Shown: in pieces, positions 12,616-23,190 of the stretch | How the letters are laid out: each line of letters begins with the position of its first letter | Numbering within the stretch: position 1 is the first letter of the stretch | Assembly (NCBI GenBank): GCA_040954595.2 | Contig: CM082576.2 | Location: 19,701,028-19,765,027, forward strand | DNA from: Balanoglossus misakiensis | Lineage: Eukaryota > Animalia > Hemichordata | DNA: 64,000 bases | Direction: 5' to 3' | Notes under the pieces: generated by a model | What the model was told of the DNA's origin: nothing | Databases searched by the model: none | The model's input: the letters and a program-made list of their open reading frames with translations, nothing else | Made by a program: the position numbers and the translations under genes

Positions 12616-15600
12616 CTAATTATGTTTTGGCAATATTCTACTTCGTTTGGCCGATATCATATTGCCAATAGACTCATTAATCATGGAATCTGTGGGTCCA
12701 TTAGGTACAGAATGTTCCTGGGAGAATGCTGGAAGAAAACGAGAGAACTAAATTCAAACAATTGAAAAGAAATGAATTAAAGAGGTTGAGAACACAGTAT
12801 GGAGAATATGCTGAATAACATGCTGCAAAGTCATCAGTCATACTCAAATCTCTTAAGCTGAAAGATGACACATTTTCATCAACTTTCAACATCACATTAA
12901 CATAAGTATACATACCTGTATACATGTAGAAAGGCAAATTTTCATCAATGTCATCTGTCATCAATGAAATGAACATATGATTTTAGGAAGACCATACTTT
13001 AGAATGTAATATACTGTATATCTATACATTCATATCAATAAATAACTCACCAAGTATTGAATTTCTGATATCTGGGTCAATGCCCAGTCTTCCATTCATG
13101 CCCTTGACATTCATTGAGACTAGCTCTTCATCAGTGTAGAACACCCGCACCAAAAATCGGGCACATGCAGTGGCCGACTTATTTTTTGCTTTCTGAACTG
13201 CTATTGTTTTCACCTTTGCAGGCAGGAACACCTGATCACCTGGTGTCAATGGTACATACTGGCAAATTAAAAACAGACATGAAAAAGAAATTGAATTATA
13301 AAAAGTGGACAGGCAGAAAGAAGGCAACTTAACCTAACTCAATTGTTCCAAAGACTGTTGTTGACAGCAGAGCCAATAAGTACCACCCGCTTGACAGTAA
13401 GGAGTAGTTTGTAATAGTTCAAGTGAAAATACCTTATGGATAGCTGCCAATTCTTTGTTAATCTTCCCTGGTTTTGGTGGAGATGCGTTATCTATAATTT
13501 CCTCTTCAACGCCTGTAAACATATTTCATTAAAATGGATGACTATGATTTGCATATAGTGAAAAACAAAAGGTACAGACTGTCTTCAATAACATATTGAA
13601 GTATTAAAGTCAAGATAGATTTATTTCACAGGGAAATTCCAGACATGCTTAAAAATTGGATACAGCTTTTCTGAGCAAAAGGACTCACCTGTTCTTTCTG
13701 AAACAGCCAATTTCACTTTCAGGTCAGCATTCTCTCTATTCAGTGTTTTATTTTCTTTCTCCAACATTGTAATTTTGCTGATGTACTTCGGGCATTTCAC
13801 ACATTGCTGGAGTTCTTGCCGAGGACACTGCCGGAATTCTGGCCGAGGACACTTGCCCCCCTGCGTTGGATGCCCTTTTTCATTTACAGGACCAGGTATG
13901 TCATGATCACGTCTGTGGGAGGCGTCATCTGTGTCACTGTCACTGCCATCGCCATCGGACATAGACATTGGTATTTCTTCTTGAGGATCATCAAAACTGA
14001 AAAAAGGGAACAAATCACAATGAATACAACATCAATAACTTTTAACTTTTTATTTAAATTATGCTGATAAATTACCTGTCTCTTGAGATATTGAATTTTC
14101 ACAGTTTTAAGACATGTTGAACTTCACAGGGATCATATTTACTAGAGGGTAAATTCACTAACTTAGTGATATTTTCCACCTTACCTCACATCGAAGAAGC
14201 CACTGTCTGCCATGCTTTGTATTAAAGCGCTGTCTCTTTGAATATTTGCCTTTCTCTGCTCTTCCCTCTCCTTTCTTCTTGAAGCTTCATCTACTTGGTC
14301 AACTTGTTTCTGTGTCACACTGGTCACCTCTTGGTTTGTAGATTTTGACTTCTTGGTTTTTTTTTTACCTTTTGCAGCTGCTTGGTCTGGTACTTTTCGT
14401 TTCTTACTGTTTCCGCTAATTGCTTTTTCTAAATTGGCCTTTATTTTCTGAAGTTCCTCCTTATCATCTGACAAGAAATTAATTTTGAACGTACAGTGAA
14501 TGTAAATGAATTTAATCATCAGTGGCAAGGATGGGAAATTTCATTTGGATGCTAAAATGTCATGACTTGACCAACACAGGAAAATAAAAATAAATATCAA
14601 TGTTGTTTATGTGACATCAGTTCTGAAATAATGAACCTGTGATCCCAAATCTCAGCAAACCAATATGCAGGAAAAGCTGGCTATGCTATTATAATGTACT
14701 TTGGTTCTGCTTTTTCCAACTCTGTACTTTTTTGAAATGTTGATTTTATACAGATGTTCAGAACACCATAATTTTACTCCCCTGTCAACTCCTTTTTACA
14801 AACTTATTTTCCAATATATCGGATGAATCTGTTGTGTTTTTGCACTCATGCTAATGTCAAAAACATATTTGAAAATAAGATTGAATAATATATACATTTA
14901 TGTTGTGTACTTACAGCTTTTGCCTTGCACTAGGCATGGATAGTGCTTCTTATCCAGTGGCCAAATGGCTTGTGTTATGCCTCCAACTGTGTTCACTTCC
15001 TCAGATTTGACAATAAGGAGTGCATTGTCTTCAACAAATTGAACTAGCTGAAATTCTGAAAATGATTGTATAAAACGGACACATTTATTTAAGAATGGCT
15101 GTACATGAACATGTTTAAAACCAACATTTGTTGTTTTTTTCACTCTGGACTGGATAACACGATAGCATGCAAGACTTGCATTGACTATGCAGTGTACATG
15201 CCAATCTTCATTTAAGCTACATGTAAAGCAATGATTTAAATCCTGTTTAAATCGACAGATTGGTGATGTAAATTACTGTTTTGCTGCTGAAAACAAAATC
15301 AGAAAAGGCGCCTACCTTTTTGACATCACTAATTGCCCCTAAAAATCGATATCATGGGTGGTCTGCAGGGTACAAGTGTTCTGCAGACGCGCGGACACAT
15401 GACATGACCTCCAAGAAAAGTTGCTCTGCCGTTGTCAAGTTTAGATAAGGTGTTGCGACCGGAACGCTGAGCTGCGTTATTTGTTGCAATTTCTGCGTGT
15501 TGCTGGCTATGACGCTAGGACGCCTGTCTAAAGATAGCTGGTGTACTGAATGCAAGGGGCAACGCGTACTGTTTGGCGTTTTACGATGTTTCAATCGTCT

Positions 15601-15755
15601 ATACTGGTAAAATGTGATCGTGACTCGCGGTTTTCAAGGAGTTTCCAGGAGAAAATTTTGAATTTCTAGGAGATTCCAGGAGCATGAAACTGCATAATCA
15701 TCTTACCTTGGTCACCGAAGCTTGTCTTAGCTGTCCTTGAACGCTTAGTAGGCAT
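12616..15755 (-). CDS. Transposon accessory protein with C-terminal BEN domain, 7 exons, 393 aa
   Basis: Exons 15755-15707, 15055-14915, 14467-14185, 13996-13689, 13512-13433, 13258-13051, 12728-12616. All introns are GT-AG with matching phases, total 1182 nt, no internal stops. C-terminus SATACARFLVRVFYTDEELVSMNVKGMNGRLGIDPDIRNSILAF...MINESIGNMISAKR matches the BEN pattern. A coiled coil (LEKENKTLNRENADLKVKL) lies upstream. Confidence 0.85.
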
Positions 15756-16211
15756 CACGGAACTGTAAACAGGAAAATTGAAACGATTGAGGAGCTTTCA
15801 AGGAGACGTACAATGGCGTTTTCTGATTTATCTGGACGTTTTCATGTTTGGCGCGTGATCGTGACCTAGATTAGTAGATAGTGAACTCTAAACCGATTGG
15901 ATGAATTTGACCTCTCTGTAAATTTTCGATCGCTGAAGAGTGTCTCCCTCTTTGAATTTCAGATCTGTCGTGCTATATCTGTTCAGATGAGCAATATTTT
16001 ATTTTCTCTTCAATAATTCGAAGCATATCAAGTGTAAACGACAACTTCAAATGCATAAATAAGGATAATTTACCCCCGCCTTTACCCAGCAACACTTGCG
16101 ATAAACAAGCGCCATATTGGAAAGGTCAACTTTAGTACACTGACTGACGATCAAGGACGTCGCATCTTTCACTTACTGTGCACTGAGCTTAGCCACTCGG
16201 CAATTGGAAAA
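15756..16211. promoter_or_regulatory. Putative bidirectional promoter between the BEN gene and the transposase
   Basis: 456 bp between head-to-head start codons. CpG-rich, with an inverted CCAAT (gattgg ~15895), YY1-like aatggcg (~15812) and gccatatt (~16111). Confidence 0.5.
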
Positions 16212-19200
16212 ATGGCAGAAAGACAAGAAGAGAAGTCAAGAAGAAAGAGGGGAGTTTACATGAGTTACCTCAATGATCCTTCGATTCCAATTCCGCGTAC
16301 GACAGCAAAAAGATGGTCATCAAACTCCGGTGAAGGCCCCAGTACTAGTAGTGCCGGCGACTTATCCTTTGTCTCGGAAGGCCCGCGCCCCAGTACTAGT
16401 GGTGCCGGCGACTTATCCTTTGTCTCGGAAGGCCCCAGTACTAGTAGTGCCGGCGACTTATCCTTTGTCTCGGACATCGACTCAAGCAGTCCACCGACTC
16501 CAGGCAATTCAAGCGAGTGTGGGCTGACCGACCTTTTCGATACACAGGACAACACATGTGCTTTCGACGACGATACAACTGAAACGGGACGTACTACCGG
16601 TATGCAACCAATGGACGCTGAATTGGATACGGATGCAATCCACCATTTTGGATCTGGTTCTGACTTGTGGGGTAAATACCTCGACGATTTTGATGAAGAT
16701 ATGGAAAATGAAGCGTCTGATACTGGTGAAGTACTTAGCGATTCTAGTGAAGATATTTCAACACCTAACGACAAAGAAGGTGACGATCAACGTCTATACG
16801 CTGGAGCTCCCCTTACAGTCGGCATTACTATGCTCCTTATTATGTCATTTGCTATTCGACATAATCTAACTGGTTCTGCATTGACGGACTTACTAACTTT
16901 AATCGAGTTGCATTGCATCACACCTAATTTGTGTAGAAAGAGTATGAAAATGTTCCATGAGTTCTTCAGAGCATTAAAGTCTCCAATTGAAAGACATTAT
17001 TTCTGTACGCATTGCCATGGGTATATTGGACGAGAAGTGGGCCCCGTTTGCCCTGTTTGCTCTAAAAGCACAGTTGAGAAGAAGTCAACAAGCTACTTTA
17101 TTGTGTTACCAGTGCTCAGCCAACTTCAAAGTATACTTTCAAGTAAGTCAATCTTTTATCATTTTTATATGTTTCTTTTTTGTGCAAGAATGCAATCTGT
17201 ATGTTGTTTGTTTTTCTTTGTTGTTGTTGTTTTTTTTGCTCATGAATGCTACAACATACATAAATGTAATACCAATCATAATTGTAATCATTGCTTAAAA
17301 AAGTATAATTATTGGCATGCAGGCACTCTTGTCCTTGATTGTTTAGTGGCATTTTATCAAAGTTCCATGAATGTTGGCATATCTTGTACCCATTTATTGT
17401 CACTTTGTATATTTTGTCTTGCCTTACAAATTCATTTCTTTTATTGATAGGAGATGGTATGTTGGAGAAAATGGCTTATCGGTCAAAGAGGAACAAGCAA
17501 TCAAATGGGCACATAAGTGATGTTGTGGATGGTTTGCTGTACAAAAAGCACTTCAGTGAAGATGGATTTTTCCATGGCACATCAACTCAGCAGAAACAGA
17601 CTGAACTTCATCTATCGTTCCAAATGAATTTTGATGGTGTTTCACTATTCCGTTCATCCAAATTCTCAATATGGCCAGTGTATTACACTTTAAATGAACT
17701 TTCACCCACAGAGAGGTATGCATTAATATTATAATAAACTTTGAAGTTATTGAATTTCATTGTACAAGTCTAAACTCTAATGTACCGGGACATGATGAAG
17801 ATGTAGTGTTAGGAACTATACAAAGAATGTTCATAATGTTGAATTCCATTTAATGTTACATTTGACAAGTAGACATGTGGTTGTAAAATATTAAGTACCA
17901 GTACCACAATTGACTTGTTTGAGTAATAATAATTGACACTTTTTTTCCTTAGATTTCAGAGAAAGAACAGAATATTTGCTGGAATTTGGTTTGGGTTCAG
18001 GAAACCCGAATGTGGAACATTCCTGAAGCCTTTTGCATTGTCATTTATAGATATGTATGAAAAAGGTATGTCTGTCTGTCTTTCCTTTGTATTGTTATAG
18101 ACACAGTCCCTCCACACACGGTCGAGAAACAGAGTGCATTCTATTGTCTAGATGCACGTTGCGATTATGTTACAATGTACTTTGTTTATTCGGACGGTGA
18201 GATTATCGGAACATAGTTTATTTGCCTACCTGGCTTGAGGGACATTCCTGAAGTTGGCCTCATCGTCATCTTCACATGAACTTTCAAGCTGAGGATGAGG
18301 ATAAGGCTTACTTCACGTACGTGTTTGAGGGACTGTGTTCAATGTAAGGAAGAGACGTAGAATTCATTTGCATCGGATCAGCATATGCAATGATGTCATT
18401 TTCCCCCAGGATTTTCATGATTTATTTAGCACATGTGTGCAAAATTTCTGTGTACTGTTGTTGTTATTGATGTAGAAATGTCGTTTAAGATAAGTCTCTA
18501 CACCAACACATCGATTTGTGACTCTTATTCTACCCCTGACCTTGTCGATAAGAACGCGAACCAGGAAGACATTATAGAAAGTGACCCAGCTCGTTGAGTG
18601 TGTGATCGAAGGCAGTGCATTTGTAGAGCATCCTTTCTGTTTGACGGCAATCACTGTGCTGATGTAGTAAATTGTTTTTTTTCCTATATCTCTCAAATTT
18701 AGGCATGCAAGTAGAAATACCAGCAGACAACAAAAGAATAACAGTAAAGGCCATATTATTAAGTGCCGTGTTTGATGCCCCAGCCAGAGGTTTGTTTATG
18801 GAATGCAACCAGTTCAATGGTATGTTTGGCTGCCCATATTGCCTATCTCCAGGTGAAACTGTGAAGACAAGTGAAAGAGGTCATATGCGTGCCTACCCCT
18901 TTGATAGAGAGAACCCTGCTTCTGGACATGGAGAAGAACGGACTCACAAATCAACACTTCAGTTTGCAAAGGAAGCTGCCAATGCCAGAAAAACTGGAAA
19001 GATATCTGCTGTTATGGGTGTAAAAAACATAAGTTGGTTTTTGTATGTCCCAAAGTTTGATATGATTAATGGCATAGGGTCTGATTACATGCATTGTGTC
19101 TGCCTAGGAATTATGAAGATGCTGCTAACTTTATGGACTGACAAAGCTCATAAAGCCCAACCATGGTACATTGGTAATAAATTGCATGTACTTGACAAAA

Positions 19201-20306
19201 ATCTACTGCATATAAAACCCCCCCACATGATTAGCAGAGCTCCAAGAGGTTTGTCAAATGAACTGGCCCACTGGAAGGCATCAGAGTTCAGGAGTTTTCT
19301 TCTATATTACTCAATCCCAATTTTATGGAAAATACTGCCCGAGGATTACTTCCACCATTTCTGTTTGTTAGTAGAGGGCATATATTTATTACTACAGACA
19401 TCAATTTCATCAGGAGACTTAAAGAAGTCATCAGGCCTTCTCAGGCATTTTTCATTCAAGATTGAAAGTTTATATGGGAAGCGATACCAAACTTCCAACA
19501 TGCACATGTTGCTTCACTTTGTACATCGAGTTCGATGTTTAGGCCCGCTATGGGCAATGTCATGCTTCTTTTATGAAGACTGCAATGGTCAACTTAGAGA
19601 CCTCTGTCATGGTACTCAAAGCATCCAAGAACAAATTGTAACAGCTGTTTGCATCCAACAACAAATCCCACGACTCGAATCCAATCTTACAAGTGGTTCT
19701 GCCGCTGAAGATTTTTATGACAAAATTACTGGAGGTCGCAAAGTTGGTCACAACAAAACCAAAATTGGGAGTGGTCTCTTTGTTGTTGGAGCAGTTGTTG
19801 ACAGACAGGTACCAGAGTCAGAACGCACATGTCTTGAAAGATCCGTTGGACCTGTGAAGTCAATCTCTACATTCAAGCGCATTGCTATTAACAACACAGT
19901 GTTAATACATAGTAAGGATTATAAACCAGTTACGCGGAGAAACAGCTACACCATTCAGTTTACAGAACAACTTGGGAGCGTTGCATATGGACAAGTTAGA
20001 TATTATGCCGTGTGCAAACGTTTTTGTCCAAGTGAAATCTTGTGTAACAAATCATGTGAATGTCAAACACCCTTGTATGTTGCCATTGTGGATAAATTCA
20101 AAGTCAGGAATGACCTTAAGGCATCCCTTCTGCAGGATGATATTACACAGACAACTCTAAATCACATCATTGCCGTAGATAAGGATGATAAAGAGCTTGT
20201 GTGCGTAGACCTAAGAAGAATTGTACAGTGTTGCATTTTTGTAGATTGTAACAGAAGTGAATGTTGCTTTGTTTGCCTATGCCCCAACACTGTTGAAAAG
20301 GATTAA
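16212..20306 (+). CDS. EnSpm/CACTA-type DDE transposase, 4 exons, 970 aa
   Basis: Exons 16212-17142, 17451-17715, 17953-18065, 18703-20306. GT-AG, in phase, 2913 nt. Motifs HYFCTHC..CPVC, MNFDGVSLFRSSKFSIWPVY, IFAGIWFGFRKP, FDAPARG, GMFGCPYC, DYMHCVCLG, WKASEFRSFLLYY, NMHMLLH, GPLWAMSCFFYED. Confidence 0.93.
18101..18338. mobile_element. Small MITE-like inverted repeat inside transposase intron 3
   Basis: acacagtccctccacacacg at 18101 versus cgtgtttgagggactgtgt ending at 18338. Confidence 0.5.
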
Positions 20307-20814
20307 ACTTTGTCAAATTGGGGATATTTGTTATGAATGTATGTTTTTGGCGATTAAGACCGACAGCCAGATTAATATAGAATAAGCCATTAATACATCA
20401 TGAAAACTTCATTCAACCATAATAAAGATATTACCTATGTACTGTACATGATCTGTCTCATTGTTATGAATATTGTTTTATGTGTGGGTCAAACATCCAT
20501 CACCATGGCTCAAGAATATTACTGTTCTCATCCTCCTTAGTGTCTGGGCCTATTTCCAACAGGAAAGGCTGCAGTCCTTACCTAGCACTCACTATTACTT
20601 TCAAATTAGGATTATTGTAGTGGACAAACCCATAAGGGCTTTTTGGGAGGGGGGGGGGGGTACTGGACTGTGTCTCAGTATATTCCAGCGATAGAACACG
20701 CAAAAAGATGGATGAACACTTCGGCCGCTGAGCATACATGTAGGGTCTGTTAGCAATCTGATTAAAATCCGATGTGTTACGCGGCTTTCCTCTATTTACC
20801 TACCTCTGCTTCTT

Positions 20815-21570
20815 CGTGTTGGGTGCCTTCATCACTATTCCTGAAGTGAAAAAGTTGCTAAGTCTAAAGCGGGTGTCTTTTGGGTGCCTTCCTGAAGTGA
20901 AAAAGTTTCTAAGTCTAAAGTGGGTGTGTTTTGGGTGCCTTCCCCATGTGGATAAGTTTCTAAGTCTAAAGCGGGTGTGTTTTGGGTGCCTTCCCAATGT
21001 GGATAAGTTTCTAAGTCTAAAGCGGGTGTGTTTTGGGTGCCTTCCCAATGTGGATAAGTTTCTAAGTCTAAAGCGGGTGTGTTTTGGGTGCCTTCCCAAT
21101 GTGGATAAGTTTTTAAGTCTAAAGCGGGTGTGTTTTGGGTGCCTTCCCAATGTGGATAAGTTTCTAAGTCTAAAGCGGGTGTGTTTTGGGTGCCTTCCCA
21201 ATGTGGATAAGTTGCAAAGTTGAAAGCGGGTGTGTTTTGGGTGCCTTCCCAATGTGGATAAGTTGCGAAGTCGAAAGCGGGTGTGTTTTGGGTGCCTTCC
21301 CGATGTGAAAAACTTGCTAAGTCTAAAGCGGGTGTGTTCTTGGTGCCTTAACGGCAAGTGCTGATTTCAGGAGGTGTATTTCGGGTGCACCCGTAAGACA
21401 CCTATTCAGTTCATGTGGTAGGGGTGGATTTCGGGTGGGTTAGACCACCCACCCAAAACCCACCCCATCTTACAGTGGTGTGTTTTAGGTAGGTTACGGG
21501 TGGGTCTAAGTGCAATTGGTGTGTTTTGGGTGTATTTTAGGTGCACCCGAGGTGCACCCGAGCACTCGGA
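20815..21570. repeat. Right subterminal repeat region: 51-bp tandem repeat (about 10 copies) plus GGTGCACC palindromes
   Basis: Unit gggtgtgttttgggtgccttcccaatgtggataagtttctaagtctaaagc. Its core is the reverse complement of the left-end motif. Confidence 0.9.
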
Positions 21571-21583
21571 AATTTGGTAAGGG

Positions 21584-22012
21584 TAAGCTCTGGCCTGGTT
21601 AATCAATGTTGACGCAAAGGTTGACCCCACCAAACACTCAAAATTAATGGGCACGACACTGGCCACTAGCTCTGCATGGCCTGGTTTATCAATGTTGACG
21701 CAAAGGTTGACCCCACCAAACACTCAAAATTGATGGGCACGACACTGGCCACTAGCTCTGCATGGCCTGGTTAATCAATGTTGACGCAAAGGTTGACCCC
21801 ACCAAACACTCAAAATTACTGGGCACAACACTGGCCACTAGCTCTGCATGGCCTGGTTAATCAATGTTGACGCAAAGGTTGACCCCACCAAACACTCAAA
21901 ATTAATGGGCACGACACTGGCCACTAGCTCTGCATGGCCTGGTTAATCAATGTTGACGCAAAGGTTGACCCCACCAAACACTCAAAATTAATGGGCACGA
22001 CACTGGCCACTA
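21584..22012. repeat. 86-bp satellite array, right part (about 5 units)
   Basis: The same unit resumes exactly at the transposon end and finishes at ggccac-tacatgta. Confidence 0.97.
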
Positions 22013-22029
22013 CATGTATTTGTGATATT

Positions 22030-23190
22030 TTACATGGTTAACCACGCCTTGAGAAAAGTAATTATAAGAGAACTTTGTTTCCAAAGTTAGGGGAGAATAA
22101 TCTAACGGGAGATGGGAGTACCTCAGGCTACTGAGCTCGTTCCCTTCCTCATGTACTTTGCTGGGCGTATTTGATGTACTATAATAATTCCGGACAATAA
22201 ATGAAAGTAAATCAGATACGTTTCTCCGTGGATCACGGTTCTCGTCAGAGCCCGTTACCTCATCGCTACAGATTCCCCGATGCATGAACAATCATGAGAA
22301 ACCAGCGGTAATACAAGTGTCACGATTGAGTTTTAACGATCATAGATCTTGTTTATGATTACGTAAGAAGTCATTCACTTATATGGTTTTAGTCCAGTAT
22401 TGACATTGGTACTTGACCCAGAGTAAACAAGATTGTGTAATTGATACATGTCAGAACGAGATAGAGATATCACGCGCTAAGTTCATGTTTAAGAAATATC
22501 AAGATGACGTGTTCCTTTTATGACTTAATACTTGACTAACGTATTAATAAGGTGTGGTGAAATTTGAGATCACACATTTATCACCGGAGATCCGTGATGG
22601 GAGTCAACGAGCATGGATCGAGTCGTGTAATTCTTACGTGTGACCAGTAATAAACCAGAACTTTGTGTTACTCGGAAAACTTCTTGCAAGTCTCTGTCTA
22701 CGAAAGATTTACGATCTGCCGGGTACCTCTCTCGGACTTTATGAATATGTTGGGTGGAGAAGGAGATGGAGAGAATGTACGCCGTCAGCTTTCGGACGTG
22801 GCTGATTCCCAACAGAAGCCGATGAGGTAAACGTCCGGAGGACGACCGGCCGTAACAACAAACTGCATGAATTAAAGTTCAACAATCCTTAGAAGACAGG
22901 AACGTCAGAGGTTGAATCTTGATGGGAAAAGGCGAGGTATCGATGGTTATCATCGGCGTACTGATGAAATTGTAGGATGTGGGGACGAATCGGTTTACTA
23001 TAAAGTGGGGCTATATAAATGGTGAACAACAGAGGGGCAGTGGCACCCCGTATACGAGAGGTGACTGTGAACTTGCAGTGTTTTCGATGATTACAGTTTG
23101 ATATCTATATTGAAGGTAAGATGTAAACCATGTTAGTACTGTGTCTGAGATGCCAAGGTTCGATAGTCTACAAAGAAGTATCCTGTGATG
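22030..23190 (-). mobile_element. Decayed L2/CR1-group LINE reverse transcriptase fragment
   Basis: Minus-strand translation gives HRILLCRLSNLGISDTVLTWFTSYLQYRYQTV...YGVP and, after frameshifts, IRPHILQFHQYADDNHRYL (YADD motif, ~22950). Many stops. The left boundary is approximate. Confidence 0.8.

Larger units (their letters stand above)
10914..21583. mobile_element. Apparently autonomous EnSpm/CACTA (CMC) DNA transposon, 10,670 bp, two divergent genes
   Basis: 11-bp TIR CCCTTACCAAA (10914) / TTTGGTAAGGG (ending 21583). TA TSD at 10912-10913 and 21584-21585. An equivalent empty site, ggccactaagctctggcc, is present elsewhere in the array (~9811). Subterminal repeats occur at both ends and an EnSpm-type transposase lies inside. 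Confidence 0.93.

Noticed and set aside
17143-17447. C-terminal 100 aa of the 411-aa ORF
   Set aside because: Read-through into intron 1. The gtaagt donor at 17143 and acceptor at 17450 restore transposase motifs.
20774-21357. 149-aa and 185-aa repeat proteins
   Set aside because: Products of the 51-bp (3n) subterminal tandem repeat, open on both strands.
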